IMG/VR virus record: IMGVR_UViG_3300030508_000022
Span: 1-64,000 of that record
DNA length: 64,000 bases
Source: an uncultured virus (IMG/VR IMGVR_UViG_3300030508_000022)
Taxonomy: Duplodnaviria; Heunggongvirae; Uroviricota; Caudoviricetes
Direction: 5' to 3' (one strand)
Under the pieces are notes generated by a model. It saw only the letters and a list, made by a program, of their open reading frames with translations. It had not been told where the DNA came from and did no database searches. Shown here one piece after another: positions 38,761 through 48,543 of the stretch. The first letter of the stretch is position 1, and each line of letters begins with the position of its first letter. The position numbers were made by a program, and so were the translations under genes.

Positions 38761-39774
38761 ATGAAAGTATTATTTATACTAAAACTAAGACATGACTATG
38801 ACAGTTCTTATGGAGCCAAGGGGTTCTCTAGTGGATTGCAAAACTCAGCGACATTCGTGTCGGACATGCTAAGCAACAATTGCGTAGACTCAAAGATCGA
38901 GATTGTCGTGGACGGGAATTCCATCGATAGGGTTGTTACACAGCACAAGCCGAACATCGCTATCATTGAAGCACTGTGGGTAACTCCAGAGAAATTGAAG
39001 GAGCTTACTAAGCTGCACCCCAACATCACCTGGGTGATTCGGAATCACTCTGAGATTCCATTCCTAGCGAACGAAGGTATTGCTACGGACTGGGTCTATC
39101 AGTATGCACAGATCCCTGGGGTGTTTGTTTCGTCAAATACCGTTCGGTCATGCGAGAACATTTCTGTGTTCACAAAACAGAGAACTGTCTACCTGCCGAA
39201 CTACTACATCCACAAGAAAGTGGATAAGTTTGAACTTCCTACAGTACATAATGATGTAATTAACATTGGGTGCTTTGGAGCCATCCGGCCACTAAAGAAC
39301 CAGATGATGCAGGCAGTGGCTGCTATTGACTACGCGGAACGGAGTGGCGAGGTTCTGCACTTCCATATAAATTCCACGAGATTGGAGCAATGGGGTGCGC
39401 AGGTATACAAAAATCTAAAGAACCTATTTGCCAACAATGGATACCACGAACTAATCGAACACGAGTGGAAAGATCACAATACGTTTTGCTCTCTCATAAA
39501 GAGCATGGACGTTGTACTTGCAGCTAGCTATACAGAAACATTCTGTATCGTTGCAGCGGATGCTGTGTCTCAGGGCGTTCCTGTTGTATCTAGTGAAGAC
39601 ATCTTTTGGCTAAATAGCCTAAAGTGCAACCCAAACGACAGGAAGTCCATTGTCAGAGCTATAATCAAGTCACAGGGTATTTTAAAGCCCCTCTACTTGA
39701 TGAAGCAGAGGAATTCTCTAGAGAAGTATCTTGGTGATTCTTGGCAGCAGTGGATAGAGCAAGTACGCGATTGA
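38761..39774 (+). CDS. Glycosyltransferase (GT-B, GT4-like)
   Basis: 'FGAIRPLKN', 'SYTETFCIVAADAVSQGVPVVSS'. Confidence 0.85.
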   Translation: MKVLFILKLRHDYDSSYGAKGFSSGLQNSATFVSDMLSNNCVDSKIEIVVDGNSIDRVVTQHKPNIAIIEALWVTPEKLKELTKLHPNITWVIRNHSEIPFLANEGIATDWVYQYAQIPGVFVSSNTVRSCENISVFTKQRTVYLPNYYIHKKVDKFELPTVHNDVINIGCFGAIRPLKNQMMQAVAAIDYAERSGEVLHFHINSTRLEQWGAQVYKNLKNLFANNGYHELIEHEWKDHNTFCSLIKSMDVVLAASYTETFCIVAADAVSQGVPVVSSEDIFWLNSLKCNPNDRKSIVRAIIKSQGILKPLYLMKQRNSLEKYLGDSWQQWIEQVRD

Positions 39775-39806
39775 CATCCTCCCCGGCCTTTAGGCCGGGG
39801 ATTCCC
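39771..39806 (+). mobile_element. Solitary IS200/IS605-type end (remnant)
   Basis: TTGAC-ATCCTCCCCGGCCT-TT-AGGCCGGGGATTCCC hairpin resembling IS605/TnpB termini. Confidence 0.55.
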
Positions 39807-39813
39807 ACTAAAT

Positions 39814-41271
39814 ATGCAGAGCACAATGAAAGTAACAATCACCAGATCTGGAGGGTACTTACGAATAGATCCGATCATTCCAGATCTTCTCGCAAAACTA
39901 TCTTTCTCTTACACAGTGAGGGATAAAATTAAGAAAAAGTTTTTTGATCAAAAGACTGGAAAGATGCGAGAGGTGTTTGTAGATGGTCCTATTGGTTCTG
40001 TTAAGAAGAACCTGTACAAAATAACAAAAGATGGGAATGGGGTAATTACGTACGATGGTCTATTGACCCTAGTAAAGAAAACCCTATTCAAGTTAAAATA
40101 TGAGATTGATATCCTTGAACCGAATGGTGCTATTTACGAAGAACCAGAAATAACCGAAAGGGTATTTGAAGGTCTCTATCCAGATCAAAAAACTGCGGTA
40201 GAGGCTGTCCTGAGTCACGATGGTGGGTGCTTAGTAAATGCAGCAACCAATACTGGTAAGACAAGGATAATCGCGGCACTCTGTAGGGCTTTTAGCAAAC
40301 ACAGGGGATTGGTTGTAACCAACCGCCAATCTGTAGCTACAAAGCTTTATAAAGATCTGCAGGATCTTGCTCCCGAGTGCGATCCAGGCGTCTACCTTTC
40401 ATCAAAAAAGGCGAAGGGTAGAACTATGGTAATAACATCAAAATCTCTACAAAAGTTTGATCCAAGTAATATTAGTTATATTCTGTTCGATGAGGCGCAT
40501 TCAGCATCAAGTCCGGTTACGTCAGAGCAATTGTTAAGATTCAAAACATCCAAAAAGTGTGGGTTCTCTGGAACCCTATCTGGTGGATTCAAGGGGCTTT
40601 CAAAATACCTTGAGTCTGTTTTTGGACCAACCGTGTTTACCTTAACAGATCAGGAGCTAGAGGAAATGGAAAGGGCTACTCCACTACATGTCTACACTAT
40701 AAAAGTAGACAAAGGGGTCCAGTTCTCAAAGACAACCCAGAATCTCACAATGGAGAAAAATGGGGTTTGGTACAACCGTCACAGGAACAAGCTACTTAGC
40801 GAGTGCGTGAATCTAGTCCCCAAAGACCAACAACTAGTAATCTATGTAAGAACTCTAGCGCACTTAGAGGAATTGATGTCCGACTATCTGAAAGACAGTG
40901 GATTTGAGATATACCACGGTAGCATATCTACAAAAGAGAAGATTAGGGTTATGGGTGGATTCAACTCTGGAGATATGAAGAGAATCATCTCTACTGACTG
41001 CCTGGCAGAGGGTGTAGATCCCAAGGCGCTGTTTGTGACTATAAATGCCAACTGGACTCAGTCTGATGTTTCGGTCCTTCAAAAAGCTGGAAGAAATAGA
41101 AGGTTGACAGAGGGTAAGGGGTATGGAGTAGTAATAGATTTCAACGACATGTGGTGTGAGAGAATGCAAAGAAAATCAAAAACTCGCATAGACCTATACA
41201 AATCAAGAGGATACAAATTATTTGAAGATGTCTCACCAGACCAAATACAATTTTTACAAGATGCAACCTGA
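39814..41271 (+). CDS. Superfamily 2 helicase (UvsW-like)
   Basis: 'AATNTGKT', DEAH, 'SGT', 'EGVD', 'QKAGR'. Confidence 0.9.
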   Translation: MQSTMKVTITRSGGYLRIDPIIPDLLAKLSFSYTVRDKIKKKFFDQKTGKMREVFVDGPIGSVKKNLYKITKDGNGVITYDGLLTLVKKTLFKLKYEIDILEPNGAIYEEPEITERVFEGLYPDQKTAVEAVLSHDGGCLVNAATNTGKTRIIAALCRAFSKHRGLVVTNRQSVATKLYKDLQDLAPECDPGVYLSSKKAKGRTMVITSKSLQKFDPSNISYILFDEAHSASSPVTSEQLLRFKTSKKCGFSGTLSGGFKGLSKYLESVFGPTVFTLTDQELEEMERATPLHVYTIKVDKGVQFSKTTQNLTMEKNGVWYNRHRNKLLSECVNLVPKDQQLVIYVRTLAHLEELMSDYLKDSGFEIYHGSISTKEKIRVMGGFNSGDMKRIISTDCLAEGVDPKALFVTINANWTQSDVSVLQKAGRNRRLTEGKGYGVVIDFNDMWCERMQRKSKTRIDLYKSRGYKLFEDVSPDQIQFLQDAT

Positions 41272-41917
41272 AGAAGTAGATGCCAGTTCGCTAGCTAGAA
41301 AATGCCAGCGAGTCTACGAGTGCTTTAGGGGGCGATCAGCCCCTGGGTACAAGTGCGGCAAAAAGTTTGATAGTGAATGGTTCAAGTTGGCCAATACACT
41401 TATTAGACTAAAAGCAGATCCAGTAACCTACCTAGAATCACTTTTTGAGTGCTGGGGTGGTGCTCCATTTGTAAATCAACTGTGCTCCCCGAGAGCACAG
41501 AGCATTTACAACAATTATCTCAACAAAGGGAAAACCATTGGCGAGCTGGAGTTTACAAACCAAATAAGATACCTCAATGACGCCATAGCTTTCTATACAA
41601 AAACTCATGGAGAAGTCGACAATATTCTTGGTCTAGACTTCGTTCCGGTGAAGGCATATATTCGTATATTGCTATGCAGCGAGGACGTTTTACCAGAGTT
41701 TTTAGAAAGATATGGGGCAACTGCATACGCGGAGGTCAAGGCCAACCCATCAATTGACAAATATATAAAGGATACCTATGTCTCAAGATACAACAGATTA
41801 TTTCCACAAAGACTTTCAGAGGTCGATGATAGCGCACACGATACGCTGCCCGAGCCTTCTAAGGTACCTGCACGAAGGCAGATTTACCCACAACGACGTA
41901 GAGCTACCGATTCATAG
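41261..41917 (+). CDS. Hypothetical replication-operon protein
   Basis: ATG 41261; between helicases, overlaps DnaB-like gene by 140 nt. Confidence 0.6.
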   Translation: MQPEEVDASSLARKCQRVYECFRGRSAPGYKCGKKFDSEWFKLANTLIRLKADPVTYLESLFECWGGAPFVNQLCSPRAQSIYNNYLNKGKTIGELEFTNQIRYLNDAIAFYTKTHGEVDNILGLDFVPVKAYIRILLCSEDVLPEFLERYGATAYAEVKANPSIDKYIKDTYVSRYNRLFPQRLSEVDDSAHDTLPEPSKVPARRQIYPQRRRATDS

Positions 41918-43169
41918 TGGAATCTTAATTGCAGCCAAAAAGATACTGAATGTTCAGGGGGTAGTACCCACCGAATGTATCCCAGTAGAACTCCTGGCAA
42001 TGCATCTCAAGGAGATGATTGAATCAGGAGATATTTTGGCTACAGAAAGAAAACCACTAATAAGAGAGGTTGAGGCAATCTATGACATGAAACTCCACGA
42101 GGAGTACTTCCTTAAAATTCTTCCTGCATTTCTGTCTGAGATAAAAATTTCAAGATTGATCAGTGGATATAAGAAGGGTACGCCACAGGAGTTTGCCAGT
42201 AAGATATCTAAGGCGCTTGAGGAATCAAAACCAAGTAGTTCAAAATCTGTATCCATAAAGCCTCTTATTGATTGCCAGATGTCCGATGTTCCGGTTGAGT
42301 ATGTCCCATGCGGGATTAACGCAATTGACTCTAGGATGAATGGCGGTCTTGGTAAGGGGGAGTTTGGAGTAGTTTGCGGTGTTTCTGGTTTAGGCAAAAC
42401 AACCGTAGGGATTAACTTTTGTTGGGGAGCTTGCCTCTCTCACAAGAAGACACTACTAATCACCCTAGAGCTGCCACAGAAGAAGATCTCAGAAAGGTTG
42501 TATTCCAGAATGACCCAGGTTGATTACAACAGGATCAGGTATGGTGATGATGGTGACATGGATAAAGTTAGGGATGAGGTTCATCAGATTAGGGATACAT
42601 TTCCCCTAGAGGTTAGAGCAAACTTTGATATCTGGGATTATTCAGAGGAAGCTTGCTCCCTCAAGATGATAGAAAATCGATTGGCTGGACTGTCCCCTGA
42701 GGAGATGCCAGACATGATCTTCCTTGATTGGCTAGACGCCCTCGAAACAGACCCATCAGATAGAAGCAATGGGTATGTATCCAGAGAGCTGCGACACCAG
42801 CTTCAGAACTACTCTAAGGGATGCTCTGACATCGCAAAGAGATTTAACGTGGCATTTTGGACAGCAACCCAGGCAAATGCCAAGGGGGATGGACAGAGAG
42901 AAGTCCGTATGTCAAACGCAGCAGAGGGCTTTAGTAAGTCATGGCGATGCTCAGTCTTTCTTGGAATCGGCGCAACTGACCAAGACAGAGAGGGCGGGAG
43001 AATGACAGTTAAGGCAGGCAAGATGCGAGACGGACAGATATTTGAATCACAAATTCTCGCAAGGCTAGACAAACAGACCTTTGAGGATATCCCACCAGAC
43101 CTGCTCAATGCAGTTCCAAGTGCGGCAAATTTTACTCCAGTAAATAGACGAACACAGAACACACGATAG
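41778..43169 (+). CDS. dnaB: Replicative DnaB-like helicase
   Basis: GVSGLGKT, 'ITLEL', 'FLDWLD', 'WTATQAN', 'KMRDG'. Confidence 0.88.
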   Translation: MSQDTTDYFHKDFQRSMIAHTIRCPSLLRYLHEGRFTHNDVELPIHSGILIAAKKILNVQGVVPTECIPVELLAMHLKEMIESGDILATERKPLIREVEAIYDMKLHEEYFLKILPAFLSEIKISRLISGYKKGTPQEFASKISKALEESKPSSSKSVSIKPLIDCQMSDVPVEYVPCGINAIDSRMNGGLGKGEFGVVCGVSGLGKTTVGINFCWGACLSHKKTLLITLELPQKKISERLYSRMTQVDYNRIRYGDDGDMDKVRDEVHQIRDTFPLEVRANFDIWDYSEEACSLKMIENRLAGLSPEEMPDMIFLDWLDALETDPSDRSNGYVSRELRHQLQNYSKGCSDIAKRFNVAFWTATQANAKGDGQREVRMSNAAEGFSKSWRCSVFLGIGATDQDREGGRMTVKAGKMRDGQIFESQILARLDKQTFEDIPPDLLNAVPSAANFTPVNRRTQNTR

Positions 43170-43170
43170 T

Positions 43171-43509
43171 ATGGAATACACAGAACAACGACCAATACAG
43201 CAATGGCCAATTGGAAAAGTTGGAGACTCGGCGGACCTAGGAGAAATAGTAGGTCTTGAGTTATACTCCTCAGAGATGGACATAACCTATCAAGAGGACG
43301 ACGACAGAGAGGCAATTGTCATTGCGACATTTGTCTCACCAGATGATGAAATAAATGTTTATAAACTCCCCTTTGACCCGGTGCTGTTCTCTCAGCTTTC
43401 TGAGATCTTCAGGAACTATGCGTTGAAGCACATAAACAACCTAGGAACCCCTGCCCAGGAATATAGGGCAACAAAAACCAAATACGGATACGAATTCGAT
43501 CTCACATGA
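43171..43509 (+). CDS. Hypothetical protein
   Basis: 112-aa ORF in operon. Confidence 0.6.
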   Translation: MEYTEQRPIQQWPIGKVGDSADLGEIVGLELYSSEMDITYQEDDDREAIVIATFVSPDDEINVYKLPFDPVLFSQLSEIFRNYALKHINNLGTPAQEYRATKTKYGYEFDLT

Positions 43510-44558
43510 GTCTATCCTTTGAAGAAGTAGAACGAGTCTTTCCTGAAGCTCAGCAGACTTTTTCCAGGGATCATACAGAATTCACCGTACACTGTCCACG
43601 CTTCCACAAGAAGGGTGGACGGTATAAGATGTCCATCAACGCTGACACTGGCGCATACATCTGTCACGACTGCGGACACGCCGGCAATGCCTACAAAGAC
43701 TTCTTCGACGAGGGTCGTCAATTCTTTATAGGAATGAAGGTTCGTAGACCCAAAGACTCTGAGACATCGTGTCAGGTATATCGATCAAACAGAACAATCT
43801 GGAAAGACGATATTCCTGTCCCTGGTGAGATGGTAAAGATGAGTAGTCTTGAGGACAATCATCCCGCTGTAGAGTATCTAACCCAAAGAGGCATCTCTAT
43901 GGAAGATGCTGACCGATTCAAGTTGTCATACTGTACTGATGGTACATATAGGTTCAGTGACAATATGGGAACTACCTCTGGGAGAATTATATTCCCCGTA
44001 GTCATGGCTGGTACCCTTATGGGGTGGCAGGCACGACAGGTGGAAAAGGTAAATGATCGCGGGGATAGGATGATCTGGAAGGGAGATGCCTTCGGTTGGG
44101 ACATAATGGAAAAGATCCCGCTTGAGGGTGGTGGGTTTCATTGGTCAGATCACCATGTCCCAAAGTATTATACTTGCCCTGGAATGCAGCGAGCAAGATC
44201 CCTATTTAACTTTGATAAAGCCGTCAAAAATGAAGGATATGTCGTTGTTACTGAAGGGCCAATTGATGCTCTAAAGGTAGGGTGCTGCTCTGTCGCCACC
44301 TTTGGAAAGAAACTAACACGAGATCAAATTAGGATAATTTGCACCAACTGGACTAAGATCATTATGATTTTGGACCAGGATGTAAATACCCAAGACGAAT
44401 GGTTCAAGAGACTTGAAGATTCGTTCAAGGGGGTATATCTTTTAACTATGAAGCTTGAAGGATTCAAGGATCCAGGTGAAGCACCTAGGTCGGAAATCTG
44501 GAAGCAGATTGAAGCAAAATATGGAAACCCAAATGACTACCGCCCAAAAGTACCCTGA
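43506..44558 (+). CDS. dnaG: DNA primase (Zn finger + TOPRIM)
   Basis: CPRFH...CHDC, 'YLTQRGI', 'RIIFP', 'VTEGPIDAL', 'LDQD', 'KDPGE'. Confidence 0.9.
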   Translation: MSLSFEEVERVFPEAQQTFSRDHTEFTVHCPRFHKKGGRYKMSINADTGAYICHDCGHAGNAYKDFFDEGRQFFIGMKVRRPKDSETSCQVYRSNRTIWKDDIPVPGEMVKMSSLEDNHPAVEYLTQRGISMEDADRFKLSYCTDGTYRFSDNMGTTSGRIIFPVVMAGTLMGWQARQVEKVNDRGDRMIWKGDAFGWDIMEKIPLEGGGFHWSDHHVPKYYTCPGMQRARSLFNFDKAVKNEGYVVVTEGPIDALKVGCCSVATFGKKLTRDQIRIICTNWTKIIMILDQDVNTQDEWFKRLEDSFKGVYLLTMKLEGFKDPGEAPRSEIWKQIEAKYGNPNDYRPKVP

Positions 44559-44787
44559 TGACTTTGAAGATATAATCTATCAATCAATGCTCTCTATGGA
44601 AAGCGACAATGGTGTTGTTCACCTTCCTGACGTGATCAAACTCGTCAGTAAGAGAGTGAAGGCCAAGATCAATCCAGAAAGCGTATTCATCTTTATGAAG
44701 CGCATGTGCGAAGAGGGTATGGTAGAGAAAGTTTCCCACAATCACTACAAAGCGATTGAGTTCGATCCGAACTTCTCGTTCAGTTAA
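44533..44787 (+). CDS. Small winged-helix-like protein
   Basis: 'VFIFMKRMCEEGMVEKVSHNHYK' wHTH-like end. Confidence 0.5.
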   Translation: MTTAQKYPDDFEDIIYQSMLSMESDNGVVHLPDVIKLVSKRVKAKINPESVFIFMKRMCEEGMVEKVSHNHYKAIEFDPNFSFS

Positions 44788-44880
44788 TAGTACTGCGCCT
44801 ACCCATTGGTAGGCTATCGTAGATCGCCACAGCCCCGCGCAAGGGGCTCGTTGCGTCTGCACACAAACACACACAGAAGT

Positions 44881-45738
44881 ATGAGCGCACCAACTAAATT
44901 AAGTATATTGCCACTCCACACTCATACAGCGTATAGCCTTATGGATGGAGTGTCAAAAATAGACGAATACATAAAGTACTGCCAGGAGAATGGGATTGAG
45001 GCTTGTAGTTGCACTGACCACGGGTATGTCCTTGGGCTATATGACCTCATAACCAAGACCTCAAAAACAGATATTAAAGGGATACCAGGTGCAGAAATAT
45101 ACCTTCTTCCCCACAAAGAATACAACGTAGCACCAGGCAAAAAGGCATTCAAATATTTTCATCTAACCCTATGGGCGATGAACCAAACTGGGTATAAGAA
45201 CCTACTTGCTTTATCAAATGCTTCATGGGGCCCAGGTAGGGTTGTAAACATATTTGGAAACTTGAAGCCCAGGGTTGCTTGGGAAGACCTAGAGGAGTTC
45301 AATGAGGGAATCATCTGCGGCAGTGGATGTATTGAGGGGCCTATTGTAAAGCCGTATCTTCGTGGAGAGAATGACATGGCCGCTTATGGCCTAGAAAGGC
45401 TCATGGAGATATTCGGATCGGACAATAGGCTATTTATGGAGGTAATGCCCCACAACGTCGATAGAGACTGGGAGACAAAGGGAGTTATACAAGTAGAGGG
45501 AGAAAATGGATTTATGTATACCTTCAAGGAAACAGATATGCTAGAAACAGACATCGGTACGATTTCTGCTCTAGAGGCTTGCACCAGGAAAGTTACTGAG
45601 GTATTTTCATCCCTCAACGACAGACCACAAGAGTTCCCTCTCTCCAATCGAATAATTGACTCTCCAATGAGCATAAGCGAAGAAGAGTTATACGAACTCA
45701 CTGGTCCAACAAGGATAATTGAAACGCATGAGAGTTAA
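44881..45738 (+). CDS. dnaE: DNA polymerase III alpha, N-terminal PHP fragment
   Basis: 'LHTHTAYSLMDG', 'TDHG', 'HLTLWAMNQTGYKNL', 'KPRV', 'MEVMPH'. Confidence 0.88.
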   Translation: MSAPTKLSILPLHTHTAYSLMDGVSKIDEYIKYCQENGIEACSCTDHGYVLGLYDLITKTSKTDIKGIPGAEIYLLPHKEYNVAPGKKAFKYFHLTLWAMNQTGYKNLLALSNASWGPGRVVNIFGNLKPRVAWEDLEEFNEGIICGSGCIEGPIVKPYLRGENDMAAYGLERLMEIFGSDNRLFMEVMPHNVDRDWETKGVIQVEGENGFMYTFKETDMLETDIGTISALEACTRKVTEVFSSLNDRPQEFPLSNRIIDSPMSISEEELYELTGPTRIIETHES

Positions 45739-48511
45739 CAAAAGCAGCTGGAGAAAAGTAGAGAGAGGTATGTTCGTGCGAATGGAATGCTCTCCACAAG
45801 CACAGCATGGCGACTTACAGAAAGCGGGCAATGAGCTCATCATGAAGATCGCTAAGAAAGAAGGTCTTCCTCTTCTGCTTACTTTGGATGCTCACTTTGT
45901 GAATAAGGACCAGAAGGTTGTTCAAGATCTCCTACTGCAAAACGGTAGGGGGGAGGACGGCGGTCTCAAGTTCTTCACAAAGTACTACCAATTAAACACA
46001 GAGGAAGCTTGGGATAAGTGGAAGAGTCTGCATGGCAATACATCAGCTCAATTTGTAGAGGGGGTAGAGAACAACCATGCATTGGCAGCAATGTGTGAGC
46101 GTGTACAGCTCAAGAAGGAATACCATCTTCCAGAGGTAGAGATGTCCAGAGAGGTTATCGAACTGGACTGCGATCTGGATACCAAGTACAAGCACCACCT
46201 ATTTGATCTGATCACTAGATATGGTCGTCTACCAGATGATCCTGTCTACAAGGCTAGAATCAAGCAGGAGGTAAAGCTGATCGCAGAGAATGGTAAGGTA
46301 AACCTTCTCCCATACTTCTTTGCACTACACGATTTTTGCGAGACAGCTAGGTCTATTGGGATTGAGATTGGTGCTGGTCGAGGTTCTGCTGGAGGTTCGC
46401 TTCTGGCATATCTCTTGATGATCACCCATGTTGATCCCATTCACTATGGATTGTCCTTTGACCGATTCCTCTCTATGGGACGAATCAACAGAGGAAAGCT
46501 GCCAGATATCGATGTGGACTTCAGTGACCCAGGTAGGCTTGTTGAGTGTCTTAAGGCAAAGCATGGTGACAAGTTCATCAGGGTTTGTACTACTGGCACC
46601 AACAAGGTCAAGAGCGCAATCAAAGACGTATCTAGGGTTCTGTTGAATACAAAGGAAGATGAGGCGATGAAGCTTCGTGTGGACAATCTATGCAAGACGA
46701 TTCCAGATATCCCACAGGGGTTTAATGATCTCTTGGGTTGGCTAACTGGGTGGACAGATGACGATGGTATAGTCCACATGGGGGAGATAGAAAACAACAA
46801 GGAGCTTGGAGAGTTCTTTGATGAATTTCAGGCTGTGAGGAATCTTGTGTTTCAGGTTCTTGGTATCCCTAAATCACTTGGAAGACATGCTAGCGCATAT
46901 TGCTTGTCTGACGTGCCGATTGTGGAGATTGTCCCTGTCTGTACTATCAACAACGAAGACTGTACTCAGTTTACAATGGAAGCTGTTGAGGCTATGGGGC
47001 TTATCAAGTTCGATCTTCTAGGACTCAATACCCTAAAGGATATTGGCAACTGTGTTAAGCTCATCAAGAAGCGTCACAAGATCTCAGTGGATATTTACAA
47101 AATCCCAGAAGACCCTTTGATCTTTGATGAGATCTGCCAAGGCAGAACCGAAACTGTCTTCCAGTTCAAAGGCCCAATTCCAACACAAACCTGCATGCAG
47201 GTTCAGCCTAGGAGCGTTCTAGATCTAGCAGCCATCACCGCAGCATGTCGTCCTGGTACGATGTATGCAGAGATGATTGATGAGGAAACCAACGAGAAGA
47301 CTACTCTCATTGATCTTTGGATTAAAAGGCGTCAGGGCATAAAAGCTGTTACGTTCTTACACCCAGACCTTGAAGATATCCTGTCGTCCACTCATGGTAT
47401 CGTTTTGTTCCAAGAGCAAATTGCTGCCATGTTCCAAAAGTCTTGTGGCTACACAGGAGAGCAGGCTGACGAGATTCGAGAGATCATCGGCAAGAAGAAG
47501 GCTGACAAGATGAATGAGATTCTACCAGATATCCGCAGAAGGCTTGCAGATAGAGGGTGGAATGCAGAGCAGACATCAGCCTTCGTTAGTCTTTGTATAG
47601 CTAGTAGCTCGTACTCTTTCAACCTTAGTCATAGTGTGGCGTATTCCTATATGGCATACATCTGTGCTTGGCTCAAGGGTCACTATCCTCTTGAGTGGTG
47701 GACTGCTATCCTGCAGAACTCTACTCATGAAGATCTAGAAGAGAATGCAAAATTCTTCCACGAGAGAGTTAAGCACCCAGACATTAATGTTAGTGATGTC
47801 GACTTCTATATTATCGATGAGAAATACGAGAAGATTGTATATCCACTAACAATGATTAAGGGGATTAAGAATGCTGCTGTCGAACTAAAACAGAATGCTC
47901 CATACAAGTCCCTAAATGATTTGTTTATGAGGTCTGATCGTAGAATCGTCAGCAAGAGAGTTATATCTGCATTGATCTGGTCTGGTGCTCTGGATGAAAT
48001 GCCAGAGGCCGCTGGAGATAGTGTAACAGATAAGAGAAATAATTTGATGACGGAATACCTAAAGCTTAGGTTTTCTGTCAGCAAGAAAAAAGAGGATAAT
48101 GTCCCTCACGTCCCTCTAAGTAGGGGACAGGTAGAGATGCTTGAAAGCAAGAGTCTTTGCATCGGCAACCCTGACATAGTTGAGTTCTTCCGGTCACAAG
48201 GAAGGACTCGTTGTGTCGACATTGCTACGGCTTCATTGCTTCCAGCCGATGAGCGCGTCTGCTGTGCAGGCGTAGTTGTAGGCTTCAACAAGATAAAGAC
48301 GAAGAAGGGTGATGACATGTGCTTCATTGACATGGGAAATAAGGAACACAAAATGAGTGTTACTATCTTTCCCAAGTTGTATGCAGGCATGGCAGATAAG
48401 GTGAAAGAGGAAGCGGTAGTATTTGTATATGGGAAGATTAATGTATATGGAGGCAGGAAGTCTATCCTTGCAGATGGTATTGAGTTCTACGACATCGACG
48501 AAATAAACTAA
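45728..48511 (+). CDS. dnaE: DNA polymerase III alpha, C-terminal part (rest of PHP, catalytic core, OB fold)
   Basis: 'DAHF', 'GRGSAGGSL', 'PDIDVDF', 'RHASA', 'KFDLLGL', 'FNLSHSVAY', 'TKKGDDM'. Confidence 0.93.
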   Translation: MRVNKSSWRKVERGMFVRMECSPQAQHGDLQKAGNELIMKIAKKEGLPLLLTLDAHFVNKDQKVVQDLLLQNGRGEDGGLKFFTKYYQLNTEEAWDKWKSLHGNTSAQFVEGVENNHALAAMCERVQLKKEYHLPEVEMSREVIELDCDLDTKYKHHLFDLITRYGRLPDDPVYKARIKQEVKLIAENGKVNLLPYFFALHDFCETARSIGIEIGAGRGSAGGSLLAYLLMITHVDPIHYGLSFDRFLSMGRINRGKLPDIDVDFSDPGRLVECLKAKHGDKFIRVCTTGTNKVKSAIKDVSRVLLNTKEDEAMKLRVDNLCKTIPDIPQGFNDLLGWLTGWTDDDGIVHMGEIENNKELGEFFDEFQAVRNLVFQVLGIPKSLGRHASAYCLSDVPIVEIVPVCTINNEDCTQFTMEAVEAMGLIKFDLLGLNTLKDIGNCVKLIKKRHKISVDIYKIPEDPLIFDEICQGRTETVFQFKGPIPTQTCMQVQPRSVLDLAAITAACRPGTMYAEMIDEETNEKTTLIDLWIKRRQGIKAVTFLHPDLEDILSSTHGIVLFQEQIAAMFQKSCGYTGEQADEIREIIGKKKADKMNEILPDIRRRLADRGWNAEQTSAFVSLCIASSSYSFNLSHSVAYSYMAYICAWLKGHYPLEWWTAILQNSTHEDLEENAKFFHERVKHPDINVSDVDFYIIDEKYEKIVYPLTMIKGIKNAAVELKQNAPYKSLNDLFMRSDRRIVSKRVISALIWSGALDEMPEAAGDSVTDKRNNLMTEYLKLRFSVSKKKEDNVPHVPLSRGQVEMLESKSLCIGNPDIVEFFRSQGRTRCVDIATASLLPADERVCCAGVVVGFNKIKTKKGDDMCFIDMGNKEHKMSVTIFPKLYAGMADKVKEEAVVFVYGKINVYGGRKSILADGIEFYDIDEIN

Positions 48512-48543
48512 TAAAAACAAAACTAAATAAACTAAAATAACAT

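Noticed and set aside
45460..45800. Functional split intein in DnaE
   Set aside because: No N-terminal Cys/Ser block A or C-terminal His-Asn plus nucleophile
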